A stretch of 64,000 nt of DNA, from contig JBBQZX010000006.1 of the NCBI GenBank assembly GCA_038207335.1, forward strand, positions 32,001 through 96,000. The letters run 5' to 3'. The DNA comes from Chthoniobacterales bacterium (GTDB lineage Bacteria; Verrucomicrobiota; Verrucomicrobiia; Chthoniobacterales; Chthoniobacteraceae). The notes beneath the pieces were generated by a model. It saw only the letters and a list, made by a program, of their open reading frames with translations, had not been told where the DNA came from and made no database searches. The translations under genes were made by a program, and so were the position numbers. The stretch's first letter is position 1. Every line of letters starts with the position of its first letter. Shown in pieces: positions 9,384 through 19,813 of the stretch.

Positions 9384-9790
9384 GTGGCGCGCCTCGAGCA
9401 GTTTCAGGATAAGCATTTCGATCCGACCTACTATCCCCGCGCTTTCGAGCATCGTTACGTCCGTGCTGTCGCGGAGCGAAAATCGACGACCATTCCGCTG
9501 TCGTTCGGCTTTCCAAAACGTGGCTCGATCCCGCCGCCGGAGAAGTTCAAGACGATGCTCTCGCCGCGTCCGGATTCGTGGCCGGTGCGCGCGATGCAGG
9601 CGTGGCACCGCGCTTACGAAGCCGCTGCGACGCTCGTGCAATTTCCAAGACCCAAAAGACCGCGCTCTGCTCGCGATCTCGCACGCACGCCCCTCTTTCC
9701 TTGGCTGCTGGCTGGTCACCGGGCTCGTGCTCTCTTTCGCGACGCGCTATCGTCGCGCGCTCGGCGCGCGGCGAATGGAATCCTTCCAAG
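9384..9790 (+). pseudogene. Headless, frameshifted fragment of a membrane protein
   Basis: Protein-like stretch ARLEQFQDKHFDPTYYP...PDSWPVRAMQAWHRAYEAAATLVQFP continues in another frame into a TM helix (RPSFLGCWLVTGLVLSFATRYRRALG), then breaks off. Confidence 0.35.
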
Positions 9791-9815
9791 TCACACCTGT
9801 TGTGCCGAGGTGAAC

Positions 9816-10568
9816 TCACTTTTGAAAGCGGCGGCGGTAGGCGCGCGGGGTCATGCCGGTGGCTCCGCGAAAGCATCGCGTGAAGTGGCTTTGGTCGGTG
9901 AAGCCTGTCTCGTCGGCGATATCGGCCAGCGTGCGTGCGGTTCCGCTCAGAAGGCTGCGCGCGGCTTGGACGCGCACGGTCCGCAGGTAGCTCGTCGGCG
10001 TCATGCGGAGGAGGTGCTGGAAACGGCGGTTGAAGTGAGTGGTGGACAGCCCGGCGAGTTCGGCCATGCCGGCCATCGACACGCTCCCCGCGAAGTGCAC
10101 CTCAATGTGGCGGATGACTGGGAGCAATTCGCGAAAGTGCCGCTCCTGCTCGGCGGGGCGCTCGATGCGATACATGGCCCCGGCGATGCCGAGCACTTTT
10201 CCGCCCGCATCGAGCAGCGGCACCTTGGTCGAAACATACCAGCGCGGCAGGCGATCGGCGTGGAAGACCAGCCACATCTGCCCGGGAATGCTCCGACGCG
10301 AGGACATCACGCGGCGATCCTCGGCCATGTAGGCCGCGGCCATCGCGGGCGGGTGAAAGTCGCGATCGTCGCGCCCGAGCATCTCAGACTCAGTGGACAA
10401 GCCGTGTGCGGCAACGGACGCGGGATTCACGCGCACGTAGCGGCTGTGCGTGTCTTTCGCGTAGAAGGCGACCTCGGGCAGGGAGTCGAAGAGCGCCATC
10501 ACGGTGGCTGCGGCAGGGCACCGCTGGAAGAAGGCGTCTTGAAAAGCGCGCGGGGAGGGAGTGAGCAT
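9816..10568 (-). CDS. AraC-family transcriptional regulator with N-terminal PAS domain
   Basis: LFDSLPEVAFYAKD..RYVRVN (PAS); C-terminal double HTH ...IADETGFTDQSHFTRCFRGATGMTPRAYR. Start set at ATG 10568. Confidence 0.93.
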   Translation of the reverse strand: MLTPSPRAFQDAFFQRCPAAATVMALFDSLPEVAFYAKDTHSRYVRVNPASVAAHGLSTESEMLGRDDRDFHPPAMAAAYMAEDRRVMSSRRSIPGQMWLVFHADRLPRWYVSTKVPLLDAGGKVLGIAGAMYRIERPAEQERHFRELLPVIRHIEVHFAGSVSMAGMAELAGLSTTHFNRRFQHLLRMTPTSYLRTVRVQAARSLLSGTARTLADIADETGFTDQSHFTRCFRGATGMTPRAYRRRFQK

Positions 10569-10640
10569 GGTCAGGGCATACCAAAATTTCTTGGACGGAT
10601 TCAATACATTGGCCTTCAGCAGCGTTAGACTTCGTTTCGT

Positions 10641-13175
10641 ATGACGCATTTCCGCGCACTGCCGCTCTTTCTCCTCGGCCTCTCCGGCATGTCGGCCGCA
10701 GCGCAGACGCCCGTGTCCTTCAACCGCGAGGTGCGGCCGATTCTTTCGGACCGGTGCTACTCCTGCCACGGTTCGGATGCGAGCCATCGCAAGGCGGATC
10801 GTCGTCTCGACACGCCCGAGGGCGCGCTCGCGAAGCTCGATGGGATCAAGGCGGTGGTGCCGGGGAAGCCGGAGGAAAGCGACGCGATCGAGCGCATTTT
10901 CAGCGACGATGCGGATGAGAAGATGCCGCCGCCGAAGTCGAACAAGACGCTGACGGCGGCGGAGAAGGAGACGCTGCGGCGGTGGGTCGTGGAGGGGGCG
11001 AAGTTCGAGCCGCATTGGGCTTTCGTCGCGCCGGTGCGACCGGAGGTGCCGGCGGGTGAAAGTGCGATCGACATTTTCGCAGAGAAGACGCTCGCGGCAA
11101 ATGGGCTCGGCTTTGCGCCGGAGGCGGAGAAGGGGACGCTGCTGCGGCGCGTAACGCTCGACCTGACGGGCCTGCCGCCCACGCTGGAGGAGATCGAGAG
11201 CTTTGAAAAAGACGCGGCCGCGGATGCCTACGAGCGCGCGGTGGATCGGCTGCTGGCTTCGCAGCGATACGGCGAACGCATGGCGATGGACTGGCTCGAC
11301 GCAACGCGTTACGCGGATACGAACGGCTACCAGGGCGACGCTTATCGGATGAACTGGCCGTGGCGGGATTGGGTGGTGAAGGCGTTCAACGACAACATGG
11401 CGTTCGACCGGTTCACGATCGAGCAACTAGCCGGGGATCTTTTGCCAGAGCCGACTCAGCCGCAAATGATCGCGACCGCTTTCAACCGAAATCACACGCT
11501 GAATGCGGAGGGCGGGACCGTCCCGGAGGAGAATCGCGTGAAGAATGTCTTCGATCGCGTGGAGACGACGAGCGGGGTCTTTCTCGGGCTCACGATGCAG
11601 TGCTGCCAGTGCCACGATCATAAGTTCGATCCGTTGAAGCAGAGCGATTATTACTCGATGTTCGCGCTGTTCAATCAGCTCAGTGAGCCGGGCGGCGTGG
11701 ACAAGCGGTTCGGGAAGAAGGATTACAGCGACGATTACGACAAGCTCTACGCGATTGAGTCGCCCTACCTCGCGGTGCCGACGGAGGAGAAGGCCGCGGA
11801 GCTGCAAGCGGCGACGGAAGCGACGAAGAAGGCGAACGCCGATTTTTACGCGAAGAAGGATGAGTTCACGCCGGCGTTTGTGAAATGGGTGGAGGAAATG
11901 CGCGCGGACACGTCGCTGATCGAGGCGCGGCTGACGGATGAATTCGACCGCCGCGCGGTGTCGTCCGCAAAGCTCGACAATCTTTACGACGGCAACACGC
12001 AGCGGCTGCTCGCGGCGTTTTTCACGATCGACGGGCACCCCGAATGGGCGGCGCTGAAGACCGCGATCGACGTGGCGAAGCGCGCCGAGGATCGCGTGCA
12101 GGAGAGCATCCCGCTCGTCATGGTGATGCGCGACGACAAGCCGCGAGAGACGCACATCCTGCAGCGCGGAAACTACGAAACGCCGGGCGAAAAAGTGCTG
12201 CCGAATGTGCCCGCTTTTCTCCCCCCACTGCCTGCGGGCGTGAAGGCGGATCGTCTCGCGCTGGCGAAATGGCTCGTCGCGCCGGAGCAGCCGCTGATGC
12301 CGCGAGTGACTGTGAATCGGCTCTGGCAGATGTTCTTCGGGCTGGGGCTGGTGAAGACGCCGAGCGATTTCGGGATGCAGGGCGCGCTGCCGTCGCACCC
12401 GGAATTGCTCGACTGGCTCGCCGTGGAATTCCGGGAGAGCGGCTGGGATGTGAAGCATCTCGTGAGGCTCATCGTGACGAGCCGTGCGTATCGGCAGTCT
12501 GCGGCGGTGACGCCCGAGTTGCTCGCCAAAGACCCGGAAAATGCGCTGCTCTCGCGAGGTCCGCGCTTCCGTATCGACTCGCGTTTTCTGCGTGATCAGG
12601 CGCTAGCGCTGGCGGGGTTGCTCGTGGAGAAGCGCGGCGGATTTCCAGTGATGCCGTATCAGCCGCCGGGCATATGGGAGGACATTAGCTTCGGCAAGAA
12701 CCGGTATTTTCAAGGCCACGGAGAAGACCTGTATCGCCGGAGCCTCTACACGTTTTGGAGGCGTAGCGCTGCGCCCGCGGATTTCTTCGACACGCCCGCA
12801 CGTCAGGTTTGCGCCTTAAAGCCGCAACGCACGAACACGCCGCTGCAAGCACTCACGACGCTGAACGACACGACCTACGTGGAGGCTGCGCGCGTCTGGG
12901 CCGAGCGCATTTCCGCGCTGCCCGGAGACGAGGCAAAGCTGCGCGAACTCGTGCGCGCAGCGACGGCGCGTGTTCCAGATGAGCGCGAACTTTCGTCGCT
13001 CGAAGCCACGCTCGCAAAAGCTCGGGCGCACTTTTCCCAAGACAAATCCGCCGCGGAGAAACTCGCCGCGACCGGCGAATCCGAACACGCCGCGAAGATC
13101 GATCCGGTCGAAGAAGCCGCGTGGGCGACCATCTGCCTGCTGGTCCTGAACCTCGACGAAACGCTGACCCGATGA
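10641..13175 (+). CDS. PSD1 and planctomycete cytochrome c domain protein (PSCyt1 + DUF1549 + DUF1553)
   Basis: FNREVRPILSDRCYSCH, YGERMAMDWLD..RYADTNG, CCQCHDHKFDP, PSHPELLDWLA, TNTPLQAL, LNLDETLTR. Confidence 0.95.
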   Translation: MTHFRALPLFLLGLSGMSAAAQTPVSFNREVRPILSDRCYSCHGSDASHRKADRRLDTPEGALAKLDGIKAVVPGKPEESDAIERIFSDDADEKMPPPKSNKTLTAAEKETLRRWVVEGAKFEPHWAFVAPVRPEVPAGESAIDIFAEKTLAANGLGFAPEAEKGTLLRRVTLDLTGLPPTLEEIESFEKDAAADAYERAVDRLLASQRYGERMAMDWLDATRYADTNGYQGDAYRMNWPWRDWVVKAFNDNMAFDRFTIEQLAGDLLPEPTQPQMIATAFNRNHTLNAEGGTVPEENRVKNVFDRVETTSGVFLGLTMQCCQCHDHKFDPLKQSDYYSMFALFNQLSEPGGVDKRFGKKDYSDDYDKLYAIESPYLAVPTEEKAAELQAATEATKKANADFYAKKDEFTPAFVKWVEEMRADTSLIEARLTDEFDRRAVSSAKLDNLYDGNTQRLLAAFFTIDGHPEWAALKTAIDVAKRAEDRVQESIPLVMVMRDDKPRETHILQRGNYETPGEKVLPNVPAFLPPLPAGVKADRLALAKWLVAPEQPLMPRVTVNRLWQMFFGLGLVKTPSDFGMQGALPSHPELLDWLAVEFRESGWDVKHLVRLIVTSRAYRQSAAVTPELLAKDPENALLSRGPRFRIDSRFLRDQALALAGLLVEKRGGFPVMPYQPPGIWEDISFGKNRYFQGHGEDLYRRSLYTFWRRSAAPADFFDTPARQVCALKPQRTNTPLQALTTLNDTTYVEAARVWAERISALPGDEAKLRELVRAATARVPDERELSSLEATLAKARAHFSQDKSAAEKLAATGESEHAAKIDPVEEAAWATICLLVLNLDETLTR

Positions 13176-13278
13176 GCGCGCGCCTGCTCGAAGGGGGTCA
13201 CGATCTGCGAAGTTCCTCCGGGAGGAATATCTGGCTTTCGCTCGAACCGCTCGGCTCAACCCAATTTCCACCGCAACT

Positions 13279-14721
13279 ATGAACCCGCTTCTCGAACACG
13301 CGAACCTCCTCACTCGCCGCCGCTTTCTCACCACGACGGCGCTTACGCTCGGCTGGCCAGCGCTTCACTCACTGCTCGGCGCCGAGAGCAAGGCGCCGCT
13401 TGGCTTGCCGGGGCTGCCGCATTTTGCGCCGAAGGCGAAGCGCGTGATCTACATGATGCAGACGGGCGGGCCGTCGCACGTCGATCTTTTCGACGACAAG
13501 CCGGAGCTGAGCAAAATGCGCGGTCAGGACATCCCGGAGAGCGTGCTCGGCGGCTTGCGGCTCACGACGATGACGGCGGGGCAGAAGGCGAAGCCGTGCC
13601 TCCCGGCGGCCTTTGGCGGGAGCCCGCGCGGGCAGTGTGGAATGTGGGTGAGCGACCTGCTGCCCCACACCGCTAGCATCGCCGATGACCTCACCTTTAT
13701 CCGCTCGATGCACGGCGAGCAGATCAATCACGCGCCCGCGGTGACGCACATGTTGTGCGGACACAATCTGCCGGGACGGCCGAGCATTGGCGCGTGGCTC
13801 ACGTATGGGCTCGGCTCGGAGGCGGAAAATCTGCCGGGTTTTGTCGTGATGACTTCGCGAGATCAGGAGGCGAGCTGCGGGCAGTTTTTCTACGACTTCT
13901 ATTGGAGTTCGGGCTTTCTGCCGGGGAAATTTCAGGGCGTCCCATTTCGCGGGGCAGGGGATCCGGTGCTTTATCTCTCGAATCCGGACGGCATGGATCG
14001 CGAGCTGCGGCGCACGATGCTCGATGGGCTCGCGGAGATGAATCACTTCGCGCACGAGCGCGTGGGCGACCCGGAAATCAACACGCGAATTTCGCAGTAC
14101 GAGATGGGATTCAAGATGCAGGCGAGCGTGCCGGAGCTGACCGACCTCTCGAGCGAACCGCAGAGCGTGCTCGACCTCTACGGGCCCGATGTGAAACGCA
14201 AAGGCAGCTTCGCGTACAACTGCCTCATGGCGCGCCGACTTGCCGAGCGCGGCGTGAGGTACGTGCAGCTTTTGCACGCGGGATGGGATCAGCATGGGAA
14301 TCTGCCGACGCAACTGCCGATCCAGTGCCGCGACACGGATCAGGCGAGCGCGGCGCTGGTGCAGGATTTAAAGGCGCGCGGTATGCTCGACGACACTCTC
14401 GTGATTTGGGGCGGCGAATTCGGCCGCACGCCATTCGTGCAGGGCGACATCAGCAACCCGAAAGCGCACGGGCGCGATCATCATCCGCGCGCTTTCACGG
14501 TGTGGCTCGCGGGCGGCGGTGTGAAGCGCGGCTGCGTCTATGGCAGCAGCGACGAGTTCGCTTTTCACGCTGTAGAAAATCCGGTGCATGTCCACGACCT
14601 GCAGGCCACGCTGCTGCATCTGTGCGGGATCAATCACGAGCGATTCACGTACAAATTTCAGGGTCGTGATTTTCGCCTAACCGACGTGCATGGAGACGTG
14701 GTGAAGGGCGTGCTCGCGTAG
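13279..14721 (+). CDS. DUF1501 protein (Tat-exported)
   Basis: TRRRFL Tat motif; [43 protein letters not shown]. Confidence 0.95.
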   Translation: MNPLLEHANLLTRRRFLTTTALTLGWPALHSLLGAESKAPLGLPGLPHFAPKAKRVIYMMQTGGPSHVDLFDDKPELSKMRGQDIPESVLGGLRLTTMTAGQKAKPCLPAAFGGSPRGQCGMWVSDLLPHTASIADDLTFIRSMHGEQINHAPAVTHMLCGHNLPGRPSIGAWLTYGLGSEAENLPGFVVMTSRDQEASCGQFFYDFYWSSGFLPGKFQGVPFRGAGDPVLYLSNPDGMDRELRRTMLDGLAEMNHFAHERVGDPEINTRISQYEMGFKMQASVPELTDLSSEPQSVLDLYGPDVKRKGSFAYNCLMARRLAERGVRYVQLLHAGWDQHGNLPTQLPIQCRDTDQASAALVQDLKARGMLDDTLVIWGGEFGRTPFVQGDISNPKAHGRDHHPRAFTVWLAGGGVKRGCVYGSSDEFAFHAVENPVHVHDLQATLLHLCGINHERFTYKFQGRDFRLTDVHGDVVKGVLA

Positions 14722-14773
14722 ATACTTTGGGAAACTCGTTACGCTGGAACTCGTCCGCCTCGACCATTGCATT

Positions 14774-15730
14774 TTGAAATACCTGCCAATTTCTTTCGCT
14801 GCCTTGGCGTTGCTCTCTCTTCCCGCTGTCGCCGAGACGCCAACTGAGTCCGTTACGTCCACTCCCGGCCTTGTCGCGTTTTGGACGTTTGCGGAGGCGG
14901 GGGGCCAGCCGCGTGTCTCTACTGGCACGGCGACAAAACATCCGCTCAAGGAGGTCGGCGGAGAGATTGCACGCGTGGAAGGCGGACCGTACTCCGGCTT
15001 CGCTGCCGAGTTGGATGGAAAACACTATTTCACCATTCCTTATGCCGAGACGGCCGACCTGAATATCTCCGGGCCGGAGGCGCAGATTTCGATGTTTGCC
15101 GTCGTCCGCATCGTGAATCTCAAGCAAAGCCGGACGATCGCGGGCATGTGGAGCGAGGGGAAAGGAGCGAACGACGACTCCGGCACGCGGCAGTATGCGA
15201 TGCTGATGAATATGCCGACCTATGGCGGTGCGAACAAACTCGTGCCGCACATCAGCAGCGAAGGCGGTGTGACGCGGCGAGCGGATGGGAGTGCATTTCC
15301 GTGGTGCGCGGACTATGGCGTCTCTGCGCAGGAAGTGCCGACGGAGCAGTGGTGTTCGCTGGCTTTCACATACGATGGGAAGTTTATCCGTGCCTATGTG
15401 AATGGCGTCGCGGAAGCGCCCGCTTTCGATCCTGTGAGACTGAATCGCAACGACCGTTATTTCCTTACCGAAGGCCCCGGTGGTGGCTCCCGCGGCTTGA
15501 ATCCTTATTTTCACGGGCGTGGTATTTTCAAATACGACCCCGCAAGGCATGCGGACACGAAGCCCGGCGGCGGCAGTAACTTTACCGTCGGTGCGCGGTA
15601 CGCAGTGGGTAAAATGCTCGGTGAGGCGACGATCGGAAAGTTCGGCGGCCTCGCGGTATGGAATCGCGCCCTCACCGATGCCGAAATCACAACGCTGCAC
15701 GGCGCGGTGAAGGTCGATCAGTTCAAATAG
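14774..15730 (+). CDS. Secreted LamG/concanavalin-A-like jelly-roll protein
   Basis: Signal peptide; [44 protein letters not shown] start. Confidence 0.8.
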   Translation: MKYLPISFAALALLSLPAVAETPTESVTSTPGLVAFWTFAEAGGQPRVSTGTATKHPLKEVGGEIARVEGGPYSGFAAELDGKHYFTIPYAETADLNISGPEAQISMFAVVRIVNLKQSRTIAGMWSEGKGANDDSGTRQYAMLMNMPTYGGANKLVPHISSEGGVTRRADGSAFPWCADYGVSAQEVPTEQWCSLAFTYDGKFIRAYVNGVAEAPAFDPVRLNRNDRYFLTEGPGGGSRGLNPYFHGRGIFKYDPARHADTKPGGGSNFTVGARYAVGKMLGEATIGKFGGLAVWNRALTDAEITTLHGAVKVDQFK

Positions 15731-15748
15731 CTGGCTTCAGCAATCAAT

Positions 15749-15773
15749 CGCCACGAACGACTGGCGCTTTTTT
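15749..15773 (+). terminator. Possible intrinsic terminator
   Basis: CGCCA...TGGCG stem followed by CTTTTTT after the LamG gene. Confidence 0.35.
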
Positions 15774-15828
15774 GGTAACGACACCGAGTCCACTTTTCGT
15801 CGATGCGGTTCGATGTGCGAGACACGCC

Positions 15829-16905
15829 CTAGTGAATACTCGCGGACGATTGGACTTCGACGGCGGTATGGAAGCCGTCGGCGATGACGGTGGCGGCCAT
15901 GTTTTCGTTCGTCACGGCGATTACGTCGAGGAGAACGCTGGGGACTTTTATTTTGCCGTTGTCGATTTCGGATTTGGCGATGATGGGACGGCGTCGGGCG
16001 AGTTGGACGGCGAGGTCCGCGGCTTGGGTGGCGAGGCGGCTGAGCGGCTTGTAAATGGTCATCGCCTGCGTGCCGGCCATGATTCGCTGGCAGGCAGCGA
16101 GTTCGGCATCCTGGCCGGTGACGAGGATCTTGCCGGCAAGCCCTTCCTCGGTGAGCGCCTGGATCGCGCCGCCGGCGGTGCCGTCATTTGAGGCGAGGAT
16201 CGCGTCGAAGGGCGGCGCGTTTTGCGCGCCGGCTTTTGTCAGCGCGGCGTTGGCGATCTTCTTGGCGTTCTCGGGCTTCCAATCTTCCGCCCAGTCCTCA
16301 TGCACGATTTCGATTGCGCCGCTTCTGATCAGCGGGTCGAGAACGCGGTCCTGGCCTTCCTTGAAAAGCGCGGCGTTGTTGTCTGTCTTCGAGCCGTAGA
16401 TGCGGACGAGGCGCTTCGTCCCTCCGCCCGCCGCGGTGAACTTGTCCGCGAGAAATTGCGCCTGCAGCTCCCCGACCTTCACGTTGTCGAAGGTCATGTA
16501 AATATCGAGGTCGCAGCCGGTGATGAGGCGGTCGTAGGCGAGCACGGGAATGCCAGCATCGTGCGCGAGGGCGACGGCTTTTGCCATTGCCGCGCCGTTG
16601 TGCGGGATGATGACGAGCGCATCGACGCCGCTGGTGATAAGTGCCTGCACGTCGCCGATTTGGCGAGCGTCGTCGCTGTTTGCGGAATTCACCTGCACGT
16701 CAGCGCCGAGTTCTTTCGAGCGCGCGACGAACATGTCGCGATCGCCCTGCCAGCGCTCTTCTTTCAATGTATCCATCGACAGCCCGATGAGCGGACGCTG
16801 GCGCGCAGTGGCCACCGCGCCGGTGCCGCTGCGGCGCGAGAGGGCGAGGCCGATGAGGATGCTGAGAAGGAGGGAGACGATGACGAGCGAGAGGCGGAGC
16901 TTCAT
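15829..16905 (-). CDS. xylF: D-xylose-type sugar-binding periplasmic protein (XylF-like)
   Basis: IGLSMDTLKEERWQGDRD, VLAYDRLI, FDNVKVGELQA, TDNNAALF, ASNDGTAGGAIQAL, TGQDAEL, MTIYKP. Confidence 0.85.
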   Translation of the reverse strand: MKLRLSLVIVSLLLSILIGLALSRRSGTGAVATARQRPLIGLSMDTLKEERWQGDRDMFVARSKELGADVQVNSANSDDARQIGDVQALITSGVDALVIIPHNGAAMAKAVALAHDAGIPVLAYDRLITGCDLDIYMTFDNVKVGELQAQFLADKFTAAGGGTKRLVRIYGSKTDNNAALFKEGQDRVLDPLIRSGAIEIVHEDWAEDWKPENAKKIANAALTKAGAQNAPPFDAILASNDGTAGGAIQALTEEGLAGKILVTGQDAELAACQRIMAGTQAMTIYKPLSRLATQAADLAVQLARRRPIIAKSEIDNGKIKVPSVLLDVIAVTNENMAATVIADGFHTAVEVQSSASIH

Positions 16906-16955
16906 GGGGGAGCCGGGGATTTATCGGCTGGCGCGGGACGGTGCAAACTCTGTGG

Positions 16956-18152
16956 CTACAGCACGCTTTGATAGATCGCTTCGAGTGTGCGGGCTTGCGC
17001 GTGGAGGTCGAATTTTCCCGCCACGGCGCGCGCGGCGGCGGCGCTCATGTGGGCGAAGCGCGGTGCGTCGGCAGCGAGTTCGAGCATCGCGTCAGCGAGC
17101 GCGGCGTGGTCGCGCTCGGCGACGAGGAGACCGCTGATGTCGTGCTCGACCGCCTCGGCGATGCCGCCGTGCGTGGTGGCGAGAATCGCGAGCCCGCTGG
17201 CCATCGCTTCGAGCATGGAATTTGGCACGCCCTCCTGATCGCCATCGGGCCCGAGTTCGCTCGGGTGGAGGAAAAGATGAGACTCAGCGAAAAGCGCGCG
17301 CAGCTTTTCCTGTGGCAAAAAGCCGGTGAAGAAGACCGCATCGCCAATGCCGAGCTCCGCCGCGAGCGTTCGGAGATCCTCTGCCAGCGGACCTTCGCCG
17401 GCGATGGTGAAAGTCGCGCGCGGATGCAATCGTGCGAATTTGGCGAATGCACGCAGGCTCGTCTTGATCCCCTTTTTCTCGATGAGCCGGCAAGCCTGCA
17501 CGCACCGCCAACCGCCGTCGGCGGGTGCCTGTCTCATGCGAAAGGTGACGCTATCGAGCGGGATGCCGGTGCGGTGCAGCCGGATTTTTCCCGGATCGCA
17601 GCCAAGCGCGATGAGCCGTGTGCGGATCGATTCGGAGCGGACGAGGAGCAGTTTCGCGAGCGCGAACATCCGCTGCGTGAGCGCGAGATGCGCGGGGTGA
17701 TTGAGGTCGACTTGCGCGTCCGCACCGTGAAAGGAAACGACGATGGGAAGGTCCGAGATTTCGAGAAGCGGCAGCAAATGGACGCCGATGTGGCCGAAGT
17801 AAATGTGGATGACGCGCGCCTCCGCGGCGTGCATCGCGGCGAGGATGCGGCGCGCTTCGCCGCGGTAGATCGTGATTGGCCGCCCGAGGATTTGTTTTTG
17901 CCAAATGCGCCGGAGCGGGTGTGTGCGCGGCTTTGGAATGACGATGACATCGTCGAATGGAAACTCCGCGGCTCGCTCGCGTTTTTGTGCGAAAACGACG
18001 GGCCGGAATTCGCGCAGCGCCCGGAGCTGGCGGTAGATGTGGAGCATTTCGGGTTTGAGAAAGGTGACCACGTAAGCGGCGATCACCGCTCGCGGAGGCT
18101 GATGTTCGCTTGATTCGCTGAGTTTCAATGTGGGGGATGCGTCCGGCTTCAC
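16956..18152 (-). CDS. Glycosyltransferase family 4 (WcaL-like)
   Basis: HIYFG, SFHGAD, RLIEKKG, GDQEGVPNSMLEAMASG, TTHGGIAEAV. Confidence 0.92.
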   Translation of the reverse strand: MKPDASPTLKLSESSEHQPPRAVIAAYVVTFLKPEMLHIYRQLRALREFRPVVFAQKRERAAEFPFDDVIVIPKPRTHPLRRIWQKQILGRPITIYRGEARRILAAMHAAEARVIHIYFGHIGVHLLPLLEISDLPIVVSFHGADAQVDLNHPAHLALTQRMFALAKLLLVRSESIRTRLIALGCDPGKIRLHRTGIPLDSVTFRMRQAPADGGWRCVQACRLIEKKGIKTSLRAFAKFARLHPRATFTIAGEGPLAEDLRTLAAELGIGDAVFFTGFLPQEKLRALFAESHLFLHPSELGPDGDQEGVPNSMLEAMASGLAILATTHGGIAEAVEHDISGLLVAERDHAALADAMLELAADAPRFAHMSAAAARAVAGKFDLHAQARTLEAIYQSVL

Positions 18153-18198
18153 TTCATCGCTCGAATGTCGAGCGGCGCGACTCTATGTTGCGCCGGAC

Positions 18199-18486
18199 AT
18201 GCGACGGGAACTCCAAATTTTAAATGAACTAGGACTGCACGCGCGACCGGCGTCGGAGTTCGTGCGCGCTGTGCGGCAGTTCAAATCCGAGGTGCGGATT
18301 TGCAAAGACGAGGGCTTTTTCTCCGCCGCGAGCATCCTGGAAGTGCTCAGCGCGAACCTAGACTGCGGCGCGCAGATCGTGATCGAGGCGGAGGGGCCGG
18401 ACGCGTGCGAGGCGCTCGACCGGCTCGAGCAACTGCTGCGCGATTTCCGCACGCAGGAGGAGACGGAGCGTGGCTCGGCTTCGTGA
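18199..18486 (+). CDS. HPr/NPr-family phosphocarrier protein
   Basis: NELGLHARPAS (His15 motif) and SAASILEVL (Ser46 region). Confidence 0.92.
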   Translation: MRRELQILNELGLHARPASEFVRAVRQFKSEVRICKDEGFFSAASILEVLSANLDCGAQIVIEAEGPDACEALDRLEQLLRDFRTQEETERGSAS

Positions 18487-18522
18487 TTGTGACTTGCCGC
18501 GCGGCTTCCTACCGTCCGCGGC

Positions 18523-19497
18523 GTGAGCGATTTTCTCGATCAGGCACGGCGCGTCCTCGCGCTGGAAATTGGTGAGTTGCAGCGTCTTGAAGCGCGGCTC
18601 GACGGTTCATTTTCGCATGCCATCGAGCTGCTGCTCGCGTGCGTGGCCGCGCGGGGAAAGATTGTGGTTTGCGGCGTGGGGAAGTCCGGGCACATCGGCG
18701 AGAAAATCGCGGCGACACTGACCAGCACGGGATCCCCGGCCGTCGTACTTCACTCGCTGAATGCGCTCCACGGCGATCTCGGCGTGGTCGCGGATGGGGA
18801 CGCGGTGCTCGCGCTCAGCTACAGTGGCGAGACGGATGAACTCGTGAATATCCTTCCGGCGCTCGCGCGCTTCGACGTGAAAATCGTGTCGATGACGGGC
18901 AATCCGAAGTCCTTCGTGGCGATGAACAGTGACGTGCATCTTGATGTGAACGTGGCGCAGGAGGCGTGCCCGCTGAACCTCGCGCCGACCTCGAGCACGA
19001 CGGCAATGCTGGTGCTCGGCGATGCGCTGGCGATGGTGCTGCTGGAGGCGCGTGGATTTACGAAAGACGACTTCGCGCGTTACCACCCGAGCGGAAAACT
19101 CGGCCGCACGCTGCTGCTGAAAGTCCGCCAGATCATGCGCGGCGCGGAGCAGATGGCGCTCGTGAATCCGTCGATGCGCGTGCGCGAGGTGTTGCGCGAA
19201 ATGAATCGCTGCCGCGCGGGCGCGGCCGTGGCGGTGGATGAGAGCGGCGCGCTCGCGGGGATCTTCACGCATGGAGATTTCGCGCGGCATTTCGAGACAA
19301 CGCCGGGAATCGGCGAGATGGCGGTCGAGCCATTTCTCACGTTGCGGCCGATCACGATCGGAGCGGAAAAGCTGGCGGCAGAAGTGCTGCACATTTTGGA
19401 AAAGCACCGCATCGACGACCTCGTAGTGCTCGATGAAAACAGCCGCCCAATCGGCGTCGTGGACTCGCAGGACCTCGCGAGATTTAAGCTGCTCTAA
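18523..19497 (+). CDS. kdsD: Arabinose-5-phosphate isomerase (KpsF/GutQ family, SIS + CBS)
   Basis: GVGKSGHIG, HGDLG, SYSGET, EACPLNLAPTSST, HPSGKLG, C-terminal CBS pair. Confidence 0.93.
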   Translation: MSDFLDQARRVLALEIGELQRLEARLDGSFSHAIELLLACVAARGKIVVCGVGKSGHIGEKIAATLTSTGSPAVVLHSLNALHGDLGVVADGDAVLALSYSGETDELVNILPALARFDVKIVSMTGNPKSFVAMNSDVHLDVNVAQEACPLNLAPTSSTTAMLVLGDALAMVLLEARGFTKDDFARYHPSGKLGRTLLLKVRQIMRGAEQMALVNPSMRVREVLREMNRCRAGAAVAVDESGALAGIFTHGDFARHFETTPGIGEMAVEPFLTLRPITIGAEKLAAEVLHILEKHRIDDLVVLDENSRPIGVVDSQDLARFKLL

Positions 19498-19727
19498 CTC
19501 TGCTCGAGGTGCGCGAGCGCTTTGTCATAGCTGCAGCGCGAGAGGTAGTGCGCGAGTTGCGGATCGACTGGAGCGGGGAGTGCCGCTTGCAAACGAACGA
19601 TTTCTTCGGACGCGTTTTTTAGCCGATCGAAATGAGCCGCCGGGTCGCTGGCATATGCCTCGCGGTCGGCGATGACTTCGAGCCGCGTGCGCAGGGCGTC
19701 GGCAAGTTCGCGGTGAATGGGTGACAT
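19494..19727 (-). CDS. Small helical hypothetical protein (77 aa)
   Basis: ATG 19727; LRTRLEVIADR...PQLAHYLSRCSYDKAL is protein-like and fills the gap between two plus-strand genes. Confidence 0.7.
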   Translation of the reverse strand: MSPIHRELADALRTRLEVIADREAYASDPAAHFDRLKNASEEIVRLQAALPAPVDPQLAHYLSRCSYDKALAHLEQS

Positions 19728-19813
19728 GCGGCCGATACTTCGGCGACGGAGATTCGGCTGTCGAATGAGTTCTGCATTGCGACGCCGCGACTTTTCACCC
19801 ACAACGCTGCCAA

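Noticed and set aside
9816..11426. 536-aa extended AraC ORF as a novel fusion
   Set aside because: The extension is the antisense shadow of the PSD1 gene; recognisable protein begins at ATG 10568.
3611..13222. Shared 12-mer AGTTCCTCCGGG at 3611 and 13211
   Set aside because: Only two copies in different contexts; compatible with chance in 64 kb.
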